Part shown: positions 28,601 to 41,629 of the stretch, piece after piece
Layout: each line of letters starts with the position of its first letter
How positions within the stretch are numbered: position 1 is the first letter of the stretch
Origin: Gordius albopunctatus
Taxonomy: Eukaryota
NCBI GenBank assembly: GCA_964276515.1
Contig: OZ193909.1
Location: 14,322,001 to 14,386,000, forward strand
DNA length: 64,000 nt
Direction of reading: 5' to 3'
Program-made: the position numbers and the translations under genes
The notes under the pieces: generated by a model
What the model saw: only the letters and a program-made list of their open reading frames with translations
What the model was told of the DNA's origin: nothing
The model's database searches: none

Positions 28601-30919
28601 TGGCCGGAGTCAGATAAAGTCTAAGTAAGCAGCGATCATCATTTCTTTGGAATTATTTAGCCAGTTTAGCAATCCGATATATAGTAACAACCTAGACAAG
28701 TTGCAAAAAGAAATTTATGTATAAAGCTAATCAGTCGGGCCCATAAACAATAATGGAATTTGGGCTCGGGCGAGGTCAAAAAAAGTAAACCCAACCAGCG
28801 GTCAGAAGCTGATTTATTTGCAAAGGCAAAATAAAAGTCTTTTACAGAAGCTTAAGTCCACGCCCATTAAAAACCCGTCTAAAGTTTCCAAGGCAATTAT
28901 TGAAAAATTACAAGTTGAACGGACAGATGGACAACCAAAAGCGAGCCCATAAATTGCATAGCAATTATAACACTGAGAAAAAGGGTATGTATATATATAT
29001 ATCAGGAGATTTATAGCTTACCATCATATTCATTTTGTAATAAAAGGGTGTGCACGTTACTGTAATTCTTCCCACTGGATTGATTTATCAATTTGGCTTG
29101 CATCATTAATGTATCATACATCGATGCCAAATCATCATAATTATTCTAGACGAATTATTATATTTTATTACATATAAAAATCATTACTTCGCATAAATTT
29201 GGCACATTTTTGGATGTATTTTGAGATAAATCCATAATAAGATCATTTTTTCTTTCGCTACTAGGTTCCAATGGTATATTTAATGTAATAACGTATCGCA
29301 ATAAATTTGTGATATCCGTGTTCCTAGTAATTACATTATGGCTTCCTACTATATTATAAACATTTTTAGCATTTAAGGAAAAACCTGTATCGCAAGAACG
29401 AAAATCTTTATTTGCTTTCATGTCCAAATGAAAAATTAAATGGTCCCCGTTCAAAATACCACTTAAATTGGCAGCTTTTACAATAGCAGCTAGATCATCG
29501 GTTCGGCATATTACAATCAAGGGTGCTAGAATAATTCATATAAATGAATCATTTTGTTTCAAAATTAGCTTTGAAAATATCCCTAAATATCCTTTAATTT
29601 CCAAGCATTTTGCTCAGTAATGAAATTTTCTTATACCCTAATCGGAACAATATGATTTAAAGTTTAAAATCTTTGTAACTTAAAATTTGATTAAATTATT
29701 AATACTTAGAAACGGAGAAGTTATAAAAGTCATTATATCCTCAATATTCATATTATAACTATTAAAAGGATATTAATCCAAATTGGGGCGACATAAATGC
29801 TATAAAGGACAATGGATCATTGCGTGATTTTTTACTGAATTTAAAAACGCCGTAATTTCTAAAAGTTTCTAAATTGAAGCTTTAAGTCTGATAAATATGT
29901 TATTATTATATATATAATGTTTGTTAACAGAAAATCCTAGGAATTATAACTTTATAATATATTTGTTAGGACATTTTTGGCCCTAGCTAGGGGAGGCAGT
30001 ATCTTTTTCAAATCCAATAATTAAATCTAATGTAACTATGGTTACAATTTCAAAAAAATCAGGTCCTCAATTAATAAAATTGATTACTAAACTTACCCCC
30101 AATTGTGGCAACGCTCGATATATATTTTATTAGATGATTAAATAAGAAATAATAAATGTTTGATTTTAAATTAACAGTTGCACAATTCTTACATTTTGGA
30201 AAATGTTTGAAGCTAGAGACTGAATTCTGTAAAATTGTGTTCTGAATTTCTGATTTAGCTAAAGGTACCCAGAAAATTTGATTAATTCTTGTTTGATTTC
30301 CTGCAGGTTCGAGAAGGGTTTTAATTAAATCATTTGCCTGTATCGTAAAGTTTTTAGTTGATAATACACCCAAAGCTTCCATTTTACGGTATGCCTTTTG
30401 ATATACATTTTCCATTATTACTGGCAAAACGATAGGTAACCATCTATAAGATGGTGTCAAAGTTATTACATGTGTCTTTTTAACTCGTAGAGGTTCAAAG
30501 AAAACCTTAACGCTATTTATACTATATATAAACAGGGGTACGTCATATTCTGTAGATATCGCTTCATAGAATTTAAGTGGAACCTTTCCATAATTTTTAC
30601 TGCCCATATATTCGTCATAAAATGCCAAAAATCCTATTAAACTATGATTTTCAAATTTTAAATAGCCTTTATCGAAGCAAATGCCCAGGCATTCCGTCGT
30701 CGAAGAGACATTTATTTGAATAGGCAAGATGTTCACCTTCCATTTGAACCTAGCATCGAGTTTGGCCTTTTCCATAACGCGAGTCCGTAAAATGCTTCTC
30801 GAAGTTTCGGGAAAATCCAGTAGAAAAACACCGAGAGTTGCTCTATAAGGTTGTGCAGAGGTCAAGGCGATTGAAAGAGGCCATAAAGTTAAGAAGATTC
30901 TACATATTATTGAAAGCAT
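16657..30919 (-). CDS. Receptor (membrane) guanylyl cyclase, natriuretic-peptide-receptor/GCY-like
   Basis: ATG at 30919 with signal peptide; extracellular exons ([14 protein letters not shown]); TM helix ~27570-27630; kinase-homology domain ([32 protein letters not shown]); dimerisation helix (ILLQILPK). Cyclase exons 21567-21690, 21433-21500, 20628-20800, ~17275-17372 ([30 protein letters not shown]), ~16807-16898 and 16657-16707 ([16 protein letters not shown]). Confidence 0.93.
17720..19349 (+). mobile_element. Internally deleted hAT DNA transposon (copy 1) in a guanylyl cyclase intron
   Basis: TIRs CAAGCGCGTAG / CTACGCCCTTG; exact 8-bp TSD ATAATAAC (17712-17719, 19350-19357). ORF 18060-19058 has LCETRW and [22 protein letters not shown] (hAT dimerisation domain). 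N-terminal catalytic part is missing. Confidence 0.95.
19395..19745 (+). pseudogene. Older hAT transposase C-terminal remnant
   Basis: [12 protein letters not shown] and [16 protein letters not shown] resemble the hAT C-terminal region. Confidence 0.55.
20414..20549. mobile_element. hAT-type MITE
   Basis: CATGGGCATAACCAG ... CTGGCTACGCCGATG termini. Confidence 0.6.
23825..25982 (+). mobile_element. Decayed RTE-clade non-LTR retrotransposon, antisense within a guanylyl cyclase intron
   Basis: AP-endonuclease start [14 protein letters not shown] motif [12 protein letters not shown] and [11 protein letters not shown] remnant, with many frameshifts and deletions. Near-perfect 14-bp TSD tg(a/t)ataaataaggt at 23811-23824 and 25983-25996. 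Confidence 0.88.
27185..27346. mobile_element. hAT-type MITE
   Basis: CATGGGCGTAG ... CTACCCCATG termini; TSD tgttgtag/tgttatag (7/8). Confidence 0.75.
28040..28720. repeat. Two adjacent degenerate tandem arrays (~110-bp unit x3, ~185-bp unit x2)
   Basis: ccagtggtcattttt..gcagac recurs at ~28048, 28140 and 28249. tttggccgg(g/a)gtcagataaagt..caac.tagacaa recurs at ~28432 and 28599. Confidence 0.75.
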
Positions 30920-31642
30920 GATATTGAGTTTCAATTAAACACGTTTATCATGTTAGTATCCCGCAATTACTGTCATTAATATATATGAATGCAAAACTTT
31001 TTACTAACGCATTCGTGTAACTCATATTAATAATTAATGCTTTTAATAGTTATGGCAGAAAATTAATCACATTTAACTTCCTCAATTGTCATAATGAGTG
31101 GATCCGGCATTTATGTGCGTTAAATTATTAATAATAATTAGACTGATTTTTAAAGTTATAATTTACTTTATTACTAATAAAAAAGGGAAACGAAAAGAGT
31201 TCGTAAATTCGTAAGAAGTGTTTTAAACTACTTTATATAATCGCGAATTAATTGAATACATTAAAACAATTAACATTTAGTGTTGAATCCGCGAGGTATA
31301 TTTGTTTGATCAATTAGCGTCGTGAAGTAGTAAGGTAATGTAAATGAGTCAATTAACATCGCGAAGCTAAGGTCACGTAAATGAGTCAATTAAGTTTCAA
31401 ATCAATTAAGGCAATGTATGCAACACTACAGATTAACACATATGTATATATTAGAGACCTGCACGGCAGGCCCGGCGGGCTTCTTCTTTAAAATTAAACA
31501 ACGGGCCGGGCCTTGACGGGCCGTAATATAACCAAGGGGACTCGGACAGGGCTTATATATACGAAACCTCTAAAAGCCCGTTAAAAAACCAATTAGATTT
31601 TATGTTTTAGAAAGTATATACAAAGATTTTTTATTTATAATT

Positions 31643-32107
31643 CACAGCTCTACAAATATTGACTTTGTTATCATATCCCGCAGTCCGACCAATAATTCTG
31701 ATAGAGAATTTTGCGCTGAAAAATTATCTGTTTTTAGTTTTTTTTCTACAATTACTAGTTTTTGAGATATACGAGGTTGAATCGTGAGACGAATTTTGAT
31801 AAGGAGAAGGGGTTTACGCAAACGCGTATAAATTTGAGTATAAGGGTGATTAAAAAATAAAAGAATGTACCTATAGATGAAACTTTAATCTACATGAATA
31901 TATCACTATTTTTCACTAAATATTCAAAATGCCGTGGCGATATAACCTCAAAAGACTTGAAAAGGGTATTTTTGACACTTTCAACCTAGTATATCTAAAA
32001 AAACTGGTAATTGTAGAAAAAAACTGAAAACATATTATTTTTCAGCGCGAGATTTTCTATCCGAATTATTGGTCGGATTGCGGGATATTTTTTTGTAGAC
32101 CTGTGAT
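31643..32107. mobile_element. Foldback/MITE with ~130-bp imperfect terminal inverted repeats
   Basis: atatcccgcagtccgaccaataattc...gaggttgaa is mirrored by ttcaacctag...gaattattggtcggattgcgggatat. Confidence 0.75.
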
Positions 32108-33509
32108 TTGATGTTTATTTTTAATTATATTTCCATCTTAATTCATTCCTCCATCAATACGCGCATAGATATTATATATACACGTAGTCCCATGGGTGTG
32201 GCAGGAATTTAAATAAAAGGGAGCATTAATAAAAATTTAAGGAGGGCAAACATTTTTTTAGAATAAGAAATTTTGGATAGGAGGAGGGGGAAATACAAAC
32301 ATAGTTTTTTCTTTATAATGTTCCAATTTATAATTATATTTGATATTTATCTAGTTAACAAGGATTTAATGGACTCCTCTCCCCTTAATTTTAAGATCAA
32401 ATTTATTAAACTAAAATTTTATCGATTAATTTGGCAATTACTGACGTTTAAAAAAAGGCCAAAATGGCTGTTTTTAGCAACTTTGACAGCAAATATTTCA
32501 AAAACATGACGTATAGGAAAAAAACTAATAATATATTTGTGTTTAAAAAACTCTACCAGAATATGCAGTTTGCCGGTTGATTTTATAAGTCTACTATTTG
32601 TTCAACAGTGTAATCTTCGCTTAGAATGGGGGAGGAGGAAGAAAAGGGAGATCACATAACTTCAAGTGAAATTTAAAATTTTCACAAATATATTTAATTT
32701 TTATGATAGTGCTAAGTTATTTGGCATTATATGAGATCTGTATTGGACTTCTGGATAATTTTTAGGTAAAACAATTGTAATTTAGTTATCAATTATTTCG
32801 CATTTCATGAGGTTATACCAAACTTTAGTTTAAAAATTAACTTCATTCTCTTTAAAAACTAAACGTTTTTTGTATGTAACTACCTAAATTAACTCATTTT
32901 GAATCCTAACTTTTTTACATTACATTAATTGATTGAATTGTAAGGGTTTAAAATAAATGTATATCAAAAAGTTTTATCCTAAATTTCAAATATCGATTCA
33001 TTATTTCTTTGTTTCTTCCCTTACTAAATAATAAATAATGACACCATAAATAACAAATTCCACGCTGCCAAAATTAATTATTTATATACTTAAAAAGTAA
33101 TTAAGCTTAAACATGACAAATTCCATTATAGATTGATTAGCATTCTAAGATAAAGGGTAACATAGGGTTTGCTCTTCTACATTTTTAGGACCTATGTTGT
33201 AGAAGGAAGAATGGCCAAAATAATGAAGGAAAAATCTCATTTTGCACCAGTTATGCAAAAACACATAAATTACAACGTATAGATAGATATCAAAAGTATT
33301 TTATGGCGTCAATACAAGTATGTCAGCTTCCAATAAAAATGTAAAAAATTACGTTGTAGTTTTAAATTTTTTAGGTTCCTTCTTTTATTATGTTATAGTA
33401 ACTCAATATAAATGTTTGATAACTAAAACAATTTTAAAAAATCAATAAAGTGCAGAACATTAATATATGCAACAAGGTGGCGGCCTACATCATTACTATT
33501 TTTATTTTT

Positions 33510-36231
33510 CTACTGTGCCCGGCCAAGGGTGGCTTAGTTCTATATCAGCTAAATTAGTACGTATTGATAGGACATATATGAAAGAATTTAGGTCATCTTT
33601 AAGAGAGTTTATGACGTGTAAAAATATAATGCTGTATTAATAGTAAATACCATTTAACTTAATATAATAAAAAAGGCTTATTAATTCATAATTAAATAGA
33701 TTTATAACAATTTTAGATATTATTTATCAGATAATTTTTAATTTCATAGGTTAAAGTGGGAACTTTTAGCGATAATATGCATAATTGGGTAACAAAAAGT
33801 TTATACGTTATAAACCACTGGTGTATAAAATCAATGATAAAATTCGACAATGTAGAGAAAAAAATTTAGGAAAGCATGTATAATAGTATATTATCATAGC
33901 CTAAAATCTATAGTATTAAACTGAAATTATATTAACGCACATACAAATTTGGTTTAATGAAGGCTTTTACAATATTTTGTTGAATTCAGAATTAATTGGT
34001 AATAATATAAATTTCCGCGAGTATAATGAAAGCGAAAAATTTATTTAATCTTATCGTAAATGGCTTTTTGTTGCAGCGTTAGCTTAGAACATTAGATCGC
34101 GCATAGGACTAAAAATCACTTTGTGATGTTTTGTTCACAATGAAAGTCTACATCGAATGGAGTAACAGCAGATCGATTTAGTGCAGGCATACCCAATTGA
34201 GTCAAAACTTTGTTCCCAATTTAAAAGATAAACATTCGAGAATAATTTATTTGCCATAGTGTTGTAGCATTTGATCCATATTAATATTAGGATATGCATG
34301 ATTATTCCGATGAATAATATCTTCTGCCATGTATGCTTTATATTTGTTCCATAAATCGGTAGGACATGACGGAGCGCAGGAGATCAATATAATTGCAAAC
34401 AATGCACGAATTTGTTTTGGATGTGAAGTATGACAGGCGTCACTAATGCATTCATCCCAATTATTATCATAATCAAATACATAGCTATATCACTGCCATT
34501 GTTAGAGTACTTACAAATGTATATGATTGATTCAACCCAGTTATAAAATTCATAGTTGATGTGTGCTTGGTATATTTTAATAGCAAAAAATAATATGAAA
34601 CAACCCAGCGGTCACCTCAACGATTCTGTTGATATTCTTTTGTACAAAGGATATCCGTCACTGCCCGTAATCGTGTTGCATACAGAACCTCGATCATATA
34701 GGTTTCAGAATTTACCGTCTATCATGCATGGCGACCTTGGATTGAGTTGTCCGCAAGGGCCGTGCATGATGTTTTTTGTAAGGGTTTCGTACAAATCCTT
34801 ATTTACATCGATTTTGTTTGTAATTGTATATTGAAGGGGGCCATAGCATCTATAAGTGTCCGCAACTTAGGTCAAAGAATCGTTTCTCCTATGCAGTAAA
34901 ATATCTTTTGATTGAAATTGATCCCCAACTATAACAATTGTGATGTATAGTTGAAGCATTAAATCTTCTCACATGTTGTCCCGCAGGAGTTTTGTCAGCA
35001 TAAATCACAATCTTGTGGGTATCTAATGACATCATGTCAAGTGATGTTTTTAACAAACGAACTAAATTTTTTTTAGTGTTAAGAAGGGCCTGAAGTTATA
35101 AAACGATGGATTTTTTACAAGAGTAGAAATTCCAAAGCGTACATCTAACTCAATCTCATTATCCTCGATAAAGTAGATTTGTAAGAAATAATGTTGCCTA
35201 TCTGGTAATGGAAGGAGAGAGCCGACTTTGTGGTAAATTTGGCCTTTAAATTAAAGATTAGCATGAATTGAGTTGTTATAATATCTGCGCCAAACGACGT
35301 CATTTGGAAGCATGAGTTGTATTTCTTGATGTTAGATAGGAAATTTTTAGAATCGGTAGTATAATCAGCAAGCAAATGGCTCAGGCGGTTCCTTAAGTTA
35401 GGCAGTTTAACTTTTCCCAAGGGGTAACACATTCCGTCCGTTTCTCCAGCAAATCTTAGAGCATTGTAATAAGGACACACAATGGTCATAGTGCCAATAA
35501 GGACTTGGTGACGTTTCAATATTAGATGAATTATTTTAAAATGCAAAACGGCTGAATGAGCATAATTGCTGAGCATATGTAGGTAGCTGATACAGACTCA
35601 TATTAAAGCTGAAAATGCGACGTGGGCGCAGTGGAAAATCTTCGAGTTTGAGAGTTTATGTACTTCACGCATTCGATTTGCGTCCTATCGTTGATCTGTT
35701 ACGACGCATGTAGGACGAAAATGCAAATATTACTTTCCGTGCTCCAAAGATCCGGAAAGATGAGAGTTTTAATATTTTGGTACTTTTAATATTATTAATC
35801 GAACTTCCCAAAAATACAAAAAAGAACAAAGGAGGATGTTTGAAAAAGCGCGCGTTATTTTTATTTAAGAAATGGTGATGATTTGAGGTATTGAGATTTT
35901 GTAATTGCCACAGGCTTATATATTGTAAAACAACGGGCGTAGTTGAGTAAAAAATGAGATACAAATGACAAAGCAATAGTGGAAAAGAGTTTAAGGCAAT
36001 AAGTAGCACCATCACGATAAATAAGTATAAAAGCGTTGTATCTCTCGCCCGTTAGATGGCGGTAAACACAACCAAAAAACAGGGTAACAGCTGTCGCAAG
36101 CCGGTAAAAAGTAAATATAAACCATCAAGGATGCTAATGCAATGATCTGACCAAATTTGGTGGCAATCGGTGAGAACTTTAGGAGTTATTAGAGAACAAA
36201 GAAAACGGAGTTACATTTTTATATATATAGA
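33510..36231 (-). mobile_element. Decayed, internally deleted Helitron with Rep/helicase remnants
   Basis: 5' end A|TCTATATATAT at 36231. Remnants CPYYNALRFAGE..GKVKLP, FLSNIKKYNSCFQMTSFGA, MHGPCGQLNPRSPCM, DGYPLYKR and QIRALFAIILISC. Degenerate 3' end (ttggccgggcac..tag) near 33510 matches the one at 43228. Confidence 0.88.
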
Positions 36232-36303
36232 TAAAAGTCCCATAAATTTACATTATAAGTTAACCATAAAAGTATAAGATAAAATGCATATATAGCATCA
36301 GAG

Positions 36304-38982
36304 CAGTGGTGTAGCTAGCCTTTTTGTTAGTGTTTCGATCTCGTCTCGGTCTCGAAAACAAAATCTCGTCTCGGGAGCGATTATGAAAATCTCGATCTCG
36401 TCTCGAATTTTTTATAAAAAAATCCTCCTGTTTTATTAAAAATATCAAAAAATAAAAAATCCAAATGGCAAATTTTTATAATTTTTAAGAAACTTTAATA
36501 CACAAACTTTTCAAAGATTTAGCGGGACACAACATCTCATTGACAATATAGAGATATAAATTAATTCATAAAGATAAAATTTTCTATGGAAAGTGGAGAC
36601 TAAAAGGCTATAAATAAATTTGAAGTATAGAAAATTTAATGTGAATGTTCTAGCAAATTATAACATTTGTATCAAATTCACTTTTTTGTAAACTATAAAT
36701 AGACTTAATAATACGTTCGCTTATAGTTGACTTAGTTGCATAATTGAGCAAATTGAGACCCTTTGTTGACCCTGGGTAAAGTTTCTTAATAGACTAAGTC
36801 TATTGTTGCCATCATCAATTATATGCCATAGTGTTTATTGCATGTTTACTATAGCGTTATAAACCATAGAGTGCGAGTGACTTTTAATGATAATATTATT
36901 ATTTACAGAATTGATAACTAGATGCACATATCAAAACGTTGTAAAAACAACAATAAAAGCAGCATTATTATAGGATTAAGAAGATAAGATTTTAAACTGT
37001 AAATTGCACGTATTTAAATTCATGACAGAAATCATTATAATCAAATTTATATTCCAAATAATTACCCTCCAATTCCAACTAACTTTGCCATTAAATAGTT
37101 ATTGATCGAATACAGTATAGGTTCGTGTATTTATTTTATATTTCACAATTATGGAAATATAATAAATGCACCTGCCAACCCAGCGTATAATGTGAAAAGT
37201 AATGCATATGACAAAACTATGTATTCACATAATGTTTTATTAAAATTCAAAAATTTGGGAGGTATACTATTAGTTGAAGCATAAAAACTTTAAAAAAATC
37301 AATGATTTAGATTTAATCTATTACGGTATCATTAAATACTCTATTGTACTTTTGAAATCGTTAGGCGGGTGCTCAAAAATCTAGACCCACTTATTCAAAC
37401 TGATTGACTACCAATTTATAATTACCGCATTATGCAGGATGAGTAACTGCAAAATATAAATATGCTTTAGTAATATTTACTATTCCATCAGAACTTATTC
37501 TAAGCCTAAAATTTCTTTAATATTTAATAGTGCTATGGACAGGGGTTTGAACCCGCCCAAAATAAAATCGGGTTCATGTTCGGTTTAAGGAATTGGGTTC
37601 GGGTTCGTGTTTGGTTTAAGGAATTGGGTTCGGGTTCAAGAAATTTTATTATACTAATAATACATTTTTACCTTCAAAAAATTATTGAATAGTTAACTTA
37701 ATTTCTAAATAGCACCTAATTAAATCCATATGCCAATTATTTCATCTCATTGTGCATATGTATTTATTGAATTTTTAATGTTCTAATTTATTTTTGAATT
37801 TAAAAGCAATAAAAATATAATTAATAAAAGCCATACCATATTCTAAATTACACAAAAATATGTATATAATTTTGATATATTATTTAATCTTACAATTAAA
37901 ACATCTCCTAATATTTGATCAGTCATTTGTGATCGATAATTTGATGGAATAAATTTTAATGATAAAAAAGCTCTTTCCACGCTAACTTGGGTAGCGTAAC
38001 CTGGTCTAACTGATAAATCTTGGGATGTCCATGTTTATTTTTCTCCCAAAATTCTAATACGTTCTCATCTCGTCCAATTCTATTTTGATCTAAGAACAAT
38101 GTCAAGAGAGAACCTATACTTTTTCCTGCACTTTTAACATTTTCCATATTAATATGTTTACTTTGATCTTTCATTCTTAAAAGCTTCTCAAGCTTATCCG
38201 TTTTATCAGGCAATAATAATTATATTTTATCACTAGAATCATTACAGCCATTCTTTAATACCTCCAACTTCCCCCAAATTTTTAGTAAATGTATTTTAGC
38301 TATGTTAATTTCTTCCTCGGATAGTAGGCATTGATAACGCAGATCAACGTATAAAGCTGCTAAAAGAAAATCATTCTTAAGAAGCTTTTCCTCGCGTGCC
38401 TTCATATTTTCAATTACTATTTTAGCAAATGGGTAAGTCTTCGTTTCGTTACATTGTCATGATAGAGAAAACTGAGATATTCAATTCGCAATATATTTTT
38501 GAATTAAAAACCCGAACACGAACCCTTTTTTGTATTCATCGGGTTCGGGTTCGAGTTTTAAGGGTATTTATAAAAATGGGTTCGGGTTTGGGTTAGGGTT
38601 CAGTAAAACATCGGGTTTTACCTGGTTCGGGACAAACCCCTGGCTATGGATACAAATAGTTGATAAAGATATCAACCTTACTTAGGTAAATGATTGCCAA
38701 ATTTTAAATTTTTTGCAAAAATATATGATATTTACTACACTTAGGAATTTTTTTAATATCAAATATATTCTATACATATTGATTTACACTTAATACCTTA
38801 AATGTAAATCATGCAAATTAAAATACACAATAATTTACTAAAATCTAACGATCAATAAAAAGTCGAGATCTAGCCGAAAAAATCTCGTCTCGATCTCGAT
38901 TCCATTTTTCAAATTCTCGTCTCGTCTCGGTTTTTCGAAGCAAGCGAGACCGAGATTTTTCTCGCTTTTTCCGCATCACTAC
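36304..38982. mobile_element. Non-autonomous TIR element with TCTCG(T/A) subterminal repeats, hosting a nested hAT
   Basis: CAGTGGTG / CATCACTA ends with tctcgtctcg clusters at both ends. The interior is homologous to 41630-42743. No clear TSD. Confidence 0.6.
37540..38642 (-). mobile_element. Nested, internally deleted hAT element
   Basis: TIR CAGGGGTTTG / CAAACCCCTG; exact TSD GCTATGGA; GGGTTCGG subterminal repeats; transposase remnants LLAALYVDLRYQ and NVLEFWEKNK. Confidence 0.92.
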
Positions 38983-39479
38983 TTTTTGCATTCAGCGGGG
39001 GGGGGGGGTTGCGAGCTTTGATTTCACACAAGTGGAAGGGGTCAAAAGCAATTGAAATTTTTTCCCCCATAAACGTTCGTCAAACTTACAATTCCGCTAC
39101 TACTTTGTGTATTTTTTCTTTTAACACCCCACTCGCTTACAGTTTTATCCAATTAAGTCCATGTCTCAGATCCCTAACATGTTTATAGCGCATAAAATAA
39201 AAAAAATGTATTCATAAATATAACAAAGTAATGAGTTGAAAAGATTATATCAACACACTATAAAAATTTCATAAAGTATAGTAAGTTTGTATACAAATGA
39301 CAACATTTAAAAGCCTTTTTTAGGGTTAGATCCTCATAAGGCAAGATTGTAACATAAAATAAAAAAAAATTAAAATTCACAAATGCGAGAAAAAGTATTT
39401 ATAAGTTATTGTCCCTGATGATATTATAGATTTATTTGCACAACCAAAAATTTAAAAGAAACTAATAAATTTAACGGCT

Positions 39480-39680
39480 AAAATAATCCTTAAAAATATT
39501 CTGTCAAAATTAAATGAATCAAAATTTTATTTCAATAATTTTAGATGAAATTAGAGATGTGAGATGCACAGAACAACTTAGTATGTGTGTACATTTTTTT
39601 TGAATCCAATGGCACACATAAAGATCTTTTAGGATTTTTATCCCTTGAAAGTTTTGATGCATTAACAATTGTCAATAGAA
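39480..39680 (+). pseudogene. hAT (ZMYM/DUF4371-like) transposase fragment
   Basis: LDEIRDVRCTEQLSMCVHFF...LLGFLSLESFDALTI matches the DE..D....EQLS.CV motif. Confidence 0.65.
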
Positions 39681-40060
39681 TTCATTAATTTTTTTATTAA
39701 TGTTAATTTAAAAGGAATATATGCTCCTGAAACTTTTCGCCCGGACAAAGTGTTGATTATTGATTGAACATTTGACGGATTTAATTTTTTTGAATCCCAT
39801 TAAAGTTCGAAGACATTCAATGTGGGTGTGTTGGAAACCGACCAGTAGTTATTATTTTTTCATAAAGACTCTGATGGACCATTAGATATATGCTTAAGGG
39901 AGGGGGGGCGCAGAGACCAGAAAACCCGGACCGGTTTGCTGCTCGACCCGGGCCACGTGACTGTCTTAAATTTTAATTTTCGGGCGGGAACGCTGATAAG
40001 ATTCGGGCATAATTAAATTAAAAACATAATATATTATTTTGTTACCTTTTTATTAGATTG

Positions 40061-41436
40061 CAAGCGCGTAGGGAAGGGGGGGGTTTTCGGGTTTGAACCC
40101 CCCCTCCTCCTGGATATTATTTTTTTTTCAAAACACAACACAAAATTATTGATAATCATAATTATAATTAATTTAGCTAGTGTCAAGTGCTGCGTTTATA
40201 TTTATAAATATGTGTTAAAAAATTAAGTCGACAAGTTAATAAATTTTGAATTTCGGAATTTGTATTTTTGATTAAAATCTTCCAAACTGATCTTTTCTGT
40301 AAATTTAAGTTCCGCGCCTTATTATGAAGCGATATTCCATTTATACATACTTCCCTAAAAAGAGTAACATTTGCATTTCTGAGGAGAAAGATACAAATAT
40401 TCAATTAAGGACATCCAACTTTTGGCTGTCTTTGTACATGCTAAATCAAATTTTCTCTTACACTATTAATCTTAGCAATTATTTTCAAAAGATTAATATA
40501 GACCTTTCTCAGGCCATAAATGCAGCCGAAAATGCGTTTATACAGATTCAACATTTGCGGGAAAATTCCCAAGAAGAATTTAGAACAATCTACAATGATG
40601 TCTTGTCACTAGGAGATATATATGATTTCAAAATTACTATTCCTAGGAGAGCCTCACGACAAACTCTTCGTTCAAACATTGAAACATCTTGTCCAGAAAC
40701 TTATTACAGAGTTTCGTTGTATAACTCCTTTTTAGATGCGGTTTTGGTGGAACTTGATGAAAGGTTTCTAAAAAACAAGCAAATACTGTTGGGATTTGAT
40801 TCCCTTCTAATTAAGTCCCCTGTCATGCTCTCAACAGAAATATTAAATAACTTTCAATTGGCAAATTTTTATGAAGAAGATCTTGACGGCTCTCAAGAAC
40901 AATTCAAATCGGAAATTAAATTGTGGTATCAGTCGTTCAAGTACTGTGAATTACAGAATTTGCCTATCAATGCTGCATTTGAAACATTAACCAATCATGC
41001 GTCCAAATTAAAATTATATCCAAATATAAAAACATTATAGCCTATTTTAGCCACACTCCCCGTTACAACATGCTCTAATGAGAGATGTTTTTCAGCTTTA
41101 AAAAGACTAAAAACTTACCTCAGGAACAAAATGGGACAAGAAAGGTAAATTAAATGGTCTTACTAATTTTTAATTTAGGCTTACCGGATTAACCTTGTTA
41201 AATGTACATAGACAATATACCCTCAAAACAGAAGATATTATTAATGCATTTTTATCTAAAAAACGTCGATATTAATTGTTTATAGTTTTTAAATATTTTG
41301 TTATATTATAATTTATTTTTGTTGTATTTTTACTTTACTTTCAATAATATATGTCGAAAATAAAATTACTTCCAAAAAAAATATGGCTTCAAAAATTTTA
41401 AACCCCCCCCCCTAGCAAATCTTGGCTACGCCCTTG
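40061..41436 (+). mobile_element. Internally deleted hAT DNA transposon (copy 2 of 17720-19349)
   Basis: Same TIRs; different exact TSD TTAGATTG (40053-40060, 41437-41444); near-identical to copy 1 with an extra ~250-bp deletion and a premature stop at 41040. Confidence 0.95.
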
Positions 41437-41629
41437 TTAGATTGTATATCGAGAATGCTTAGAATGTTAAAATAACATAATTTTGCCACCCATTCCCAAA
41501 TGATTTTTATAATCTTTGCCCGACTACATTTCTTTCAGATCCCTAACTACGTTTATGGAAAGGATTAAAATATTTATTTTTATTTAGCCCTTTCATTTTT
41601 CGTAAAACAAAGGCTTCATGCCATTTTCA

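Noticed and set aside
28040..28720. CRISPR-like repeat/spacer pattern
   Set aside because: Eukaryotic intron; the units are long, degenerate and similar throughout, with no unique spacers or cas genes.
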